42,877 nucleotides of DNA, taken from the NCBI GenBank assembly GCA_903871765.1, contig CAIQIC010000167.1:1-42877 (forward strand). The letters are read 5' to 3'. This document shows positions 6,159 through 13,852 of the stretch, one piece after another (the stretch's first letter is position 1; every line of letters begins with the position of its first letter). Made by a program: the position numbers and the translations under genes. The notes below the pieces were generated by a model that saw only the letters and a program-made list of their open reading frames with translations, was not told where the DNA came from and made no database searches. The DNA comes from an uncultured Lentisphaerota bacterium. Lineage in GTDB: Bacteria > Verrucomicrobiota > Kiritimatiellia > CAIQIC01.

Positions 6159-8828
6159 TTATTCCGCCACCACGACGCAGCCGAGCAGGATGCCCAAATC
6201 GTCTGGGTAGCCGCGCACGCCGGAATTCCAGGGCGGATCCGTGGCGAGCGTCATCACGGCCTGCGGCGGCAGCAGGCCGATGGCGGCGGCGCGGCAAATC
6301 AGCCATTGCGGCGGACCGGTGCGTACGGCGCGCGCGGTGACCGCGGTTTGGCCGAGCGCCGCGACGGACAGGCTGACTTGCGGGCCAACCGCCTCCGGCG
6401 CGGCGAAGTAGAGGAACAGTTCGCCGTCCGGACCGGATGGCGCGGGCAGGACCAACTCGGCCTGGGCCAGGGTCCAGCGGACGCGGATCGGCGGCAGTTG
6501 TCTTTCCACGGTCGCCGCCGCCGGCCAGGCTCCCGCCACGGAAGTGAAGACGCCGTCGCGGAGCAACTGGACGTCGGCCAGCAACCCGTCCTCCGGACAG
6601 GACAGCTCCAGTTGCCGCGGGATTCTGAGCGCCGACCCGCGCAGACGCAGGACCCACCATTCATCCGCCAGCCACAGCCAGTCCTGTCGCACGGCATCGG
6701 CCGGCAGGCCCTCGAGCCGCGGGCGGCGGATAGGGGTGAACGGTCCATGAAAAAAGAAATAGAGGCCGTCCGTGGTCAGCGGCGGGCCATCCGCCGCCGC
6801 CAGCGGCACGTCGCGGGCAACGCCCGCCGTCAGCGCCAGGCCGCGCAGGCTCCAGCTTTCGTTCCGGACGTTGGCGAAACCCCGGAGGCCCATATTGCCC
6901 GCATCGGGCTGGAAGCGATACGGCACCCGCCCGTGCGCGGTCCCAGCGTGTTCCGCCGTGCGCAACTGCATACGGTACAGCGTATAGGTTTCTTCATAGG
7001 GCAGGATCCGGCGCGGGAGTTCATGCAACTCGCGCGCCAGCGCCGTGGTGGCCAGGGTCGCCCGCCGCACCGGCTGGAAGACAAACCGCGCGCTGAACGG
7101 TTGCTGGAACGGCGTCAGGAAGAAGCAGTCCCGGCCGGGATGCAACTTCATCAGCCGCGCCCACGCTGTCTCGGCTTGCGCGTAGCTCGTGGCGTGGTAC
7201 TCGTTGTCCAGTTCCAGCGTGGGGATGCCGAAGAGATGTTCCAGCGGCGCGCCCGCCTTGGAGTATTCGACCAGCAGGAGGCCGTTGTGCGCGCGAATGG
7301 GGTCGGCCATTCGCTCAAAAAAACGATAACTGCCGGCAAAATCCGTCTGCCGGAGCAGGTGCGTTCGTCCGTGCAGCATGGCCGCCAGCAACAGCACGGT
7401 CATCCCGGTCGCGATCCAGGTCGCCCCGCGGCGGCCCCGACTCGCCACGGTCACGACCAGCGCGGCGAGGCACAAGCCGAGCATGGGCGCATGAAAAATC
7501 AGCATGCGCCGCGTTTCCATCATGTAATTGTTCATCCAACCGGAGAGCAGCAGCGCGGGCAGGAGCGCCGCGCAGAGTCCGAGCCGCAGATCCGCGTGCG
7601 TGCCGCGCCGGAACAGCAGCGCGCCCCACCCCGCCAGGCCGGCGAGCAGCGCCGTGCGCGAGACCAACTGCCCGAAGCCGCGCAGATCCGCCAGGATGAG
7701 GGAGCGGGTCCAGGCGCAGACGGGCAGCAGCGGCACGCGGCCCTGGGGCCCGCGGCCCCACCAACTGAGCAGAAAAGCTCCCACGGCGAGCGCCAGCAGG
7801 ACGCCGGCGACGGCGTAGCGCGGCCGCGCGACGGTACCGCGTGACCCGCCTGCCCGCCACAGGGCCAATCCCAGCAGGGCTGCGGCCGCGAGCGCCACGG
7901 CCGACACCCGACCGGGCGACGGCGCAGCCCACGGACCGAGAAAACGGAGTAGATGATAGCAGTCCGTCACTTTGCGCAAGTACCAGACGAACAACGCCGC
8001 GCCGCCGCAGGCCAGGGGGATTGCCAGCGTGAACAGCCGGCGGCCGCGGAAGGCCTTGACCAGCAGCACCGCCACGAAGGGCACAATGCCATACCAGGCC
8101 GTGATGTGGAACAAAGGCGCCAGTAGCAGGCAAATGCTGCCGAGCAGAAAATCGGCCAGCCGGCGCTCACCCGGCGAACGCCAGGCATGCGCCACCAGGG
8201 CCAGCCCCGCCCAGAGAAACAGCAGCGCGCCCAGTTCCGCCCGCGGGCTGCGCGCGTTCCAGAACACCACGGGATTCAACACGAAGAACAGGGCCGCCAG
8301 CACGCCGGCGCCGCGCCGCTCCAGCAATTGCGCGCCGAGCGACGCCAGCGCCAGGGTGGCCAGCCAGGTCAGCAGCGGCGCCCCGTAAAGCACCAGCCAC
8401 GCCGGCCCGAGGCGCGCCAGCAGGCTCATCATCACCGGGTACGCCGGCTGGAACCACGGCCCGACCATCGCCGTAGGCACATCGCGGACCCACAGGCAGG
8501 CATCCTTGGTCAGGCCAAACCCCTCGTGGCCGTAGAAAAAGGCGGGGCGATCGGCCTCGGGCACCTGCGCCAGCAGGGGGTCCTGATGGAACACGCCGGC
8601 CTGCCGGCTGAAGGCCACGCTGGCATTGACGTACGCGCCCGGATCCTCGCCGCCGAGAATTTCCTCGTGCGGGCGGAAGAACAGCAGCGCGCTGCCGGCC
8701 AGCAGGGCGACCAGCGCCGCCGGCCCCGCCCACCGCCGGGCGTTTTCGACCCGCAGCAGCAGCGCCGTGCAGCGCCCGACGGCGGTCAGCGCCACGACCC
8801 AGAACAGCACGCTGCACATCAGTACCAT
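6159..8828 (-). CDS. GT-C-fold (ArnT/PMT-like) polytopic membrane glycosyltransferase with a large C-terminal extracytoplasmic domain.
   Basis: 889-aa ORF. About 13 hydrophobic helices fill the first ~480 aa, with an acidic first-loop motif (LGGEDPGAY). A ~400-aa soluble beta-rich C-terminus follows. The gene sits directly downstream of GT2 + DUF2304. Confidence 0.72.
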   Translation of the reverse strand: MVLMCSVLFWVVALTAVGRCTALLLRVENARRWAGPAALVALLAGSALLFFRPHEEILGGEDPGAYVNASVAFSRQAGVFHQDPLLAQVPEADRPAFFYGHEGFGLTKDACLWVRDVPTAMVGPWFQPAYPVMMSLLARLGPAWLVLYGAPLLTWLATLALASLGAQLLERRGAGVLAALFFVLNPVVFWNARSPRAELGALLFLWAGLALVAHAWRSPGERRLADFLLGSICLLLAPLFHITAWYGIVPFVAVLLVKAFRGRRLFTLAIPLACGGAALFVWYLRKVTDCYHLLRFLGPWAAPSPGRVSAVALAAAALLGLALWRAGGSRGTVARPRYAVAGVLLALAVGAFLLSWWGRGPQGRVPLLPVCAWTRSLILADLRGFGQLVSRTALLAGLAGWGALLFRRGTHADLRLGLCAALLPALLLSGWMNNYMMETRRMLIFHAPMLGLCLAALVVTVASRGRRGATWIATGMTVLLLAAMLHGRTHLLRQTDFAGSYRFFERMADPIRAHNGLLLVEYSKAGAPLEHLFGIPTLELDNEYHATSYAQAETAWARLMKLHPGRDCFFLTPFQQPFSARFVFQPVRRATLATTALARELHELPRRILPYEETYTLYRMQLRTAEHAGTAHGRVPYRFQPDAGNMGLRGFANVRNESWSLRGLALTAGVARDVPLAAADGPPLTTDGLYFFFHGPFTPIRRPRLEGLPADAVRQDWLWLADEWWVLRLRGSALRIPRQLELSCPEDGLLADVQLLRDGVFTSVAGAWPAAATVERQLPPIRVRWTLAQAELVLPAPSGPDGELFLYFAAPEAVGPQVSLSVAALGQTAVTARAVRTGPPQWLICRAAAIGLLPPQAVMTLATDPPWNSGVRGYPDDLGILLGCVVVAE

Positions 8829-8840
8829 AGGCCATTCGCC

Positions 8841-9428
8841 TCAGGACGCGCGTCCCGGCGGCGCGGGCGGCGGCGCGGAGACAGGATTTCGGGGCGGGCC
8901 CTCCCGTTTGGCCTCCAGGGCCTCGAGGCGCGCCTCCAGCAGGGCGATGCGGCGCACGGCGCGGCCCTGATTGTCCTGCAATCGCGAGAGCATGATGGAG
9001 ATATGGAAGGCGACCAGCAGCAGAAAGCCGAAGATCACCACCACCACGGCCGTGACGTACTGCATGCCGGTGAGCTGCTGCAGCCAGGCCATCGCGGAGC
9101 GGGGGAAGATGGCGAAGAGCAGGATGACCAAACCCGTGCCGACCCACAACAGGGCATACCGCTCCCGCATGCGCGTCCGGCGCACCGCCTCCAGGGTGAC
9201 AATCAGCACGAGAAAACTCAGCAAGCCGGTCACGCCGCGTAATTTCAGCTCCGGGCTGTGCAGGCTGCCCGGATCGTGCAACGTCACGCCCGTAAAAATC
9301 ACGATCAGCACAATGCCGAGCAGCAGCCCGGCGCGGGCCAGCCAACCCAGCCGCTTGCGCCAGATGACGAAGAACAGGCCGCTGGCCAGAATCAGAAGGA
9401 TGCCGAGCACATCCACCAGATAGTTCAT
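8841..9428 (-). CDS. DUF2304-family small membrane protein.
   Basis: This is the real part of the 498-aa track ORF. It starts at MNYLVDVLGILL (ATG at 9428-9426), and this ATG overlaps the TGA of the upstream GT2 (ATGA). The C-terminal half, LLFAIFPRSAMAWLQQLTGMQY...FHISIMLSRLQDNQGRAVRRIALLEARLEALE, fits DUF2304. Confidence 0.75.
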   Translation of the reverse strand: MNYLVDVLGILLILASGLFFVIWRKRLGWLARAGLLLGIVLIVIFTGVTLHDPGSLHSPELKLRGVTGLLSFLVLIVTLEAVRRTRMRERYALLWVGTGLVILLFAIFPRSAMAWLQQLTGMQYVTAVVVVIFGFLLLVAFHISIMLSRLQDNQGRAVRRIALLEARLEALEAKREGPPRNPVSAPPPAPPGRAS

Positions 9429-10255
9429 AGGCCCCAGTCCCCCTTGACCCGCTCGCGATGAAACCGGGGGTCCACGGCGCGCGCGCGGTCGAGCACCAGC
9501 GCCAGAGCCACCTTCAGCGCGTAATACAGGGCCATGCGGTTGCCGATGGAGGATTGCCCGCCCTGCCGCGCGCGAAAAGCCACGGCGGTTTCGCACACCC
9601 GGTACCCCTGCCGCGTCAGGAGGGCGATGGATTCCGGTTCGGGATAGTCGGCGGGGCAGTTCCGGGCCAGGAAAAACGCCGCCAGGCGGTTGAGCGCCTG
9701 AAAGCCCGAGGTGGGATCGGTGATGCGCTGACGGCAGGCGGCGGACAACAGGGCGGCGAGGCCGCGGATGCCGGCGTGCCGCAGGATGGTGCCGGCGTAG
9801 GCGCGCTCGTCCAGGAAGCGGGACCCGACAACCAGGTCGGCGCCGCTGGACTGCAGGGCGGCGAGCAGTTTGGGGATTTCCGCCGGCGGATGCTGGCCAT
9901 CCCCGTCGCAGCGGATCACCTGGCGATAGCCCCGCGTGATGGCATACTCGAATCCGGCCTGCATCGTCCCGCCCACGCCCAGGTTGCACGGCAGCCCCAG
10001 CACCACCGCGCCATGGGCGCGCGCGATCTCCGGCGTCCGGTCCTCGGAGCCGTCGTCCACCACCGCCACGGCCAGCGCGGGGAACAAACCGCGCACTTCG
10101 TCCAACAGCGATCCCAAGGCCGCCTCCTCGTTGTAGGCGGGAATGAGCAACAACGAATCGTTGAGCCACGCAGTCATGACGGCGGCCAGAATACCGGCTT
10201 TTACGGCGCGCAACAAACAACTTTTCCGCGGCGGCAACCGCGTGCGGTCCTCCAA
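9425..10255 (-). CDS. Family 2 glycosyltransferase, polyprenyl-phosphate sugar synthase type (GtrB/DPM1-like).
   Basis: 276-aa ORF with LLLIPAYNEEAALGSLLDEV, AVVDDGSEDRT and IRCDGDGQHPP. An alternative start at 10177 (MTAWLNDSLLLIPAYNEE) is equally plausible. Confidence 0.85.
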   Translation of the reverse strand: MEDRTRLPPRKSCLLRAVKAGILAAVMTAWLNDSLLLIPAYNEEAALGSLLDEVRGLFPALAVAVVDDGSEDRTPEIARAHGAVVLGLPCNLGVGGTMQAGFEYAITRGYRQVIRCDGDGQHPPAEIPKLLAALQSSGADLVVGSRFLDERAYAGTILRHAGIRGLAALLSAACRQRITDPTSGFQALNRLAAFFLARNCPADYPEPESIALLTRQGYRVCETAVAFRARQGGQSSIGNRMALYYALKVALALVLDRARAVDPRFHRERVKGDWGL

Positions 10256-10376
10256 GGCTCACCGCAACCGGCCAAGGGAGATAGCGGTGGAGGGTATTCA
10301 TGCCGCTGGCACCTTCTCGGGGCATCGTTTGGCGCATGGTCTATGCCAAGCCACGCCAACGGCCTCCGGTTCCGGA

Positions 10377-10416
10377 CCTAACACTGGACGTTCCGGCCGG
10401 AACATTTAATGTTAGG
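10377..10416. promoter_or_regulatory. Nested 40-nt inverted repeat in the divergent GT2/methyltransferase intergenic region.
   Basis: CCTAACA-CTGGAC-GTTCCGGCCGGAAC-ATTTAA-TGTTAGG. The outer arms are 7 bp and the centre is a perfect 14-nt palindrome. Confidence 0.45.
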
Positions 10417-10534
10417 TGCGGATGGGGAGAGGGCCATGAGGACCGCGCCCCGTTCGGCGCCCAACGCCCGTAGTTTGAGGCCAGCCAGGGAAGAATTGCG
10501 TTCAGCCCGGGATGCCTTATACTCCGCCCCCGGA

Positions 10535-11356
10535 ATGAATACCTCGCTCCCATGGTCCGGCTGGTGGCGGCGGCCGGGCCCGCCGGGGGCGGTGCGCGAC
10601 GGACGGCTGAGCATGGTGTGCAACGTCTGCGGCGCCTGCAGCACCTGCCCGCTCGACGAATTGCAGCGCGAAGCGCCCCCCTGCCCCGGCTGTGGCTCCA
10701 CCGTCCGCCAGCGCGCCATCATCCACCTGCTGTCGAGCCATTTTTTCGCCGCGAGCCTGGCGCTGCCCGACTTTCCGCTACGGCCGGACCTGCGCGGAGC
10801 GGGCATGAGCGACTGGGAAGGCTTCGCACGGCCGCTCGCCCGGCGGCTCGGCTACACCAACACGTATTATTATAAGGAGCCGCGGCTCGACATCACCCAG
10901 CCACCGGCGGACTGGCTGGGCACGCTGGATTTTCTGATTTCATCGGACGTGCTGGAACACGTGGCGCCGCCCGTGTCACGCGCGTTCGTTCATGCGCGAG
11001 AACTGCTGAAACCCGGCGGGCTTTTTCTGCTCACCGTGCCGTGGGTGCCGGACGGCGACACGCGCGAGCATTTCCCCGATCTGTTTGTCTATGACCTTTC
11101 CGGCCCGGAAACCGGAACCCCGGTGCTGCGCAACCGCACCCGCGCCGGGGAGCGGCAGGAGTTTCGCGACCTGGTGTTTCATGGCGGGGCGGGCGCGACG
11201 CTCGAGATGCGCATGTTTTCGCGCGCGGGCGTATGGCGCGAATTGACGCAAGCCGGCTTCACGAACATCCGCCTGCACGACGCCGATCACCTCCCGTTCG
11301 GCATCCACTGGCAGCACCCCTGGTCGCTGCCCCTCACGGCCCAGGCGCCAGCATGA
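10535..11356 (+). CDS. Class I SAM-dependent methyltransferase with an N-terminal zinc ribbon.
   Basis: The ORF is open from the TTG at 10409. CNVCGAC...CPGCGS is followed by LDFLISSDVLEHVAPP and LLKPGGLFLLTVPW. The start is uncertain: ATG at 10436, 10535 or 10613. Confidence 0.7.
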   Translation: MNTSLPWSGWWRRPGPPGAVRDGRLSMVCNVCGACSTCPLDELQREAPPCPGCGSTVRQRAIIHLLSSHFFAASLALPDFPLRPDLRGAGMSDWEGFARPLARRLGYTNTYYYKEPRLDITQPPADWLGTLDFLISSDVLEHVAPPVSRAFVHARELLKPGGLFLLTVPWVPDGDTREHFPDLFVYDLSGPETGTPVLRNRTRAGERQEFRDLVFHGGAGATLEMRMFSRAGVWRELTQAGFTNIRLHDADHLPFGIHWQHPWSLPLTAQAPA

Positions 11357-11417
11357 GCGGCTGCGGCGATGTCGCTACCGATCACGCCCGCCGAGCCAGC
11401 GCATGTTTCCTCCCGTG

Positions 11418-11436
11418 GGCGGGGCTTCCAGCCCCG
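11418..11436. terminator. GC-rich hairpin between convergent genes. It may be a bidirectional terminator, but it has no U-tract.
   Basis: GCGGGGC-TTCCA-GCCCCGC lies 62 nt after the plus-strand stop at 11356 and 25 nt after the minus-strand stop at 11461. Confidence 0.3.
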
Positions 11437-11460
11437 CGTACGCACTGTCGTCGCTCTTGC

Positions 11461-12420
11461 TCAACCGGGCGATGGAAGATCCTCCCGGCCGCCGCCGCGT
11501 AGCGCGGTGCGTCGCTGGACAATCGCGGGCCAGGCTTGGCGCACGGCGGCCCACGCCTGGCAATATTCGGCGCCATAGCCGCCCGCCAGGCTTTGCAGCG
11601 CCTTGAGGCCCTCGCCCGCCAGGTGCACGGCCAGCCACGACCGCGGGTAATTGCGAAAAACGAACAGCAGCCGGTTCCGCTCGTAGAGGCGCATGAAGTC
11701 ACGCCGGGGCAGCCGGCCGAAGGTGGCCGCGTCGAGATGCACGGCCCGGCACTCCGGAACGTACCACACCGGCCAGCCCGCGCGCCGGAAGGCAAAGCCC
11801 AGTTCGGCGTCCTCATAATAGCCCGGCGTATACACCTCGCTGAAGCCGCCGACCGCCTGCCAGGCGGCGCGCCGGACCAGGAAGAGCGGGCTGTGGAAAT
11901 CCACGCGCGCCGGCCGCGCGCCCGGATCGCGCGCGCCGCGCGTGCCCAGAAGCGCGTACAGGGGATGCAGCCGCGAGCCGCAGTACTGGGTCGTGCCGTC
12001 GGGCCGCAGGATGCGCCCACCCGCCTGCGCCGCGGACGGCTGGCGCTCCAGCGCCGCCACCAGCGGCGCCAGCCAGTCCGGCTCCACCAGCACGTCGGGA
12101 TTGACCTGCGCCACGTACTCGGTATCCGCGCGCGCCACGAGGCGGTTCACCGCCGCGGGGTAGCCGAGATTGGCGGGCAGGCGCTCAACCTGCACTGCGG
12201 GAAAATCCCGGGCGAGCAGGTCCGCCGTGCCGTCGGCGCTCGCGTTGTCCACCACCAGCCAGCGGACGGCCGGGTACTGCGTGACCGCGAGCAGCCGGGG
12301 CAGGGTGCGCGGCAGGAGGCCGGCCGCGTTGAACGTCACCAGGCCGACAGTGACCGGCGGCGGAGCGGCGGGGTTCAGGTCGCGCGGCGCGCCTGGTGCG
12401 GCGTCCATGGATGGCTCCAC
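11461..12420 (-). CDS. Family 2 glycosyltransferase.
   Basis: 319-aa ORF with VTVGLVTFNAAGLL, WLVVDNASADGT, LPANLGYPAAVN and the acidic YYEDAELGFAFRRAGW. Confidence 0.8.
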   Translation of the reverse strand: MEPSMDAAPGAPRDLNPAAPPPVTVGLVTFNAAGLLPRTLPRLLAVTQYPAVRWLVVDNASADGTADLLARDFPAVQVERLPANLGYPAAVNRLVARADTEYVAQVNPDVLVEPDWLAPLVAALERQPSAAQAGGRILRPDGTTQYCGSRLHPLYALLGTRGARDPGARPARVDFHSPLFLVRRAAWQAVGGFSEVYTPGYYEDAELGFAFRRAGWPVWYVPECRAVHLDAATFGRLPRRDFMRLYERNRLLFVFRNYPRSWLAVHLAGEGLKALQSLAGGYGAEYCQAWAAVRQAWPAIVQRRTALRGGGREDLPSPG

Positions 12421-13295
12421 TTGTTCTCAAAATACTCGCGGTTGCGCTCGAACAGGCGGCGATAGGCCGCCTGGTCCAGCTTGGAGAAACTGGCCATGCC
12501 GTAATGGTGCACGAAGGCGTCTTCGCAGCATACCGCGCGCCAGCCCTGGGCGCGCACCGCTTCGGCATAGTCCGCGTCCTCGAACATGCCTGCGCCGTAC
12601 TGCTCGTCCAGTTCGCCGACGCGCTGGAACACCTCGCGCCGGAACGCGACGCAAAACATGGCCGGCACGGCAATGTCGAACAGTTGGTCCGCGTGGGCGG
12701 CGGTGTAGGCCCGCGCAAACTGCTCCATGCCGGCGATGCTGTCGTAGGCAGCGTCAATGCGCGCCTCGTTGCCGGTCCAGTTAGTGACCGGTCCGACCAG
12801 CCCCACGTCGGGCTGCGCGGCATGGCGCACCAGGTTGTCCAGCCAGCCCGGCGGCACGATGGTGTCGTTATTCAGCAGCACCAGCGTGGCGCAGTCGTCC
12901 AGCCGGCGCAGGCCGACGTTGTTGGCCGCCGCGAAGCCGAGGTTGCGGCCGTTGAACACCGCCTCCAGGCGCGGATCGCCCGCTGCCGCGCCGCGCAGGT
13001 AGTCCCGGGTGGCGCTGTCGGAACCGTTGTCCACCACGACGACGCGGAAATTCGGCCAGGCGGTGCGGTGCAGCACGCTGGCGAGGCACTGGCGCAAATA
13101 AGCGGGGCCAAAATAGGAGACCACCACGATGCCCGCCTTCGAAAACGATTCCGGCGGAGCGGCGGGCGCCGGCACCGCCGCCAGCGGACCGCCCACGGGC
13201 AGCAGTTGCAGGCGCTGCGCTGTGGCGGGGTCGGCGGCGACGACGCCCGGAACACGGGACCACAGACGCGCGAGCGCATGCCGCAGGTTTTTCAT
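12375..13295 (-). CDS. Family 2 glycosyltransferase.
   Basis: This is the C-terminal 306 aa of the 567-aa track ORF, starting at MKNLRHALARLW (ATG at 13295-13293). It has IVVVSYFGPAYL, VVVVDNGSDSAT, NLGFAAANN and MFEDADY. Confidence 0.8.
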   Translation of the reverse strand: MKNLRHALARLWSRVPGVVAADPATAQRLQLLPVGGPLAAVPAPAAPPESFSKAGIVVVSYFGPAYLRQCLASVLHRTAWPNFRVVVVDNGSDSATRDYLRGAAAGDPRLEAVFNGRNLGFAAANNVGLRRLDDCATLVLLNNDTIVPPGWLDNLVRHAAQPDVGLVGPVTNWTGNEARIDAAYDSIAGMEQFARAYTAAHADQLFDIAVPAMFCVAFRREVFQRVGELDEQYGAGMFEDADYAEAVRAQGWRAVCCEDAFVHHYGMASFSKLDQAAYRRLFERNREYFENKWSHPWTPHQARRAT

Positions 13296-13852
13296 CAGGT
13301 GCCCATCTGAATATCGGTGTCGAACCAGGTGAAGTAGCGGCAACCGTAGCGGACGTCGCGGTTGCGGTCCTTGATTTCCCGGGCTGGATTGCCGACGGCG
13401 ATGCGCCAGGGCGCAATATTGCGGGTCACCACCGCGCCGGCGCCGATCACGGCGCCCTCGCCGATGGTCACGCCGGCCCGGATGATCGCGCGCACGCCGA
13501 TCCAGACATGGTCTCCGATGGTCGTCACGCCGCCACGCGTGGCGAAGTCGGGGCTTTGCGGGTCGTGGTCCAGGGACAGGATGTACACCTCCGGCGAGAT
13601 GCTGCAATTGGCGCCGATCTGCACGCCTACGCGTCCATCCACATAACAGTTGCGGTTCAGAATGGTTTGGGGTCCGATGCGCACGTGCCGGCCGGTGAAG
13701 AAACAGCCCATGTGGAGGCAGCAGCCCGGGCCGAGCTCGTAGCCCAGCACGCGGCGATAATAGGCGTGCCGCAGGCGGAAGGACGGCAGCCGGGCCACCA
13801 GATGGTTGCCGACATACCACGCGACGGCGCTCGCCAATCCGTTTCCGCTCAT
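13295..13852 (-). CDS. Hexapeptide-repeat (left-handed beta-helix) O-acetyltransferase, WcaF/LacA-like.
   Basis: 185-aa ORF with IGANCSISPEVYI, IGDHVWIGVRAIIRAGVTIGEGAVIGAGAVVTRNI and GNPAR. Its start overlaps the upstream stop (ATGA) and its stop shares 1 nt with the next ATG. Confidence 0.8.
   Translation of the reverse strand: MSGNGLASAVAWYVGNHLVARLPSFRLRHAYYRRVLGYELGPGCCLHMGCFFTGRHVRIGPQTILNRNCYVDGRVGVQIGANCSISPEVYILSLDHDPQSPDFATRGGVTTIGDHVWIGVRAIIRAGVTIGEGAVIGAGAVVTRNIAPWRIAVGNPAREIKDRNRDVRYGCRYFTWFDTDIQMGT

Noticed and set aside
6306-7844. 512-aa plus-strand ORF opposite the 889-aa GT-C gene, along with the many 100-390-aa ORFs in 5750-9345.
   Set aside because: The composition is extremely Arg/Pro/Gly/Gln-rich and the ORFs have no domain features. 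The opposite strand encodes a coherent multi-TM protein.
8841-10337. 498-aa minus ORF read as one gene.
   Set aside because: Its first ~300 residues are an out-of-frame overlap of the GT2 gene and are R/G/P-rich noise. Only the part from MNYLVDVLG (9428) onward looks like protein (DUF2304). The same trimming was applied to 12375-14078, 25192-26541, 28573-29904, 31873-33339 and 34527-35495.
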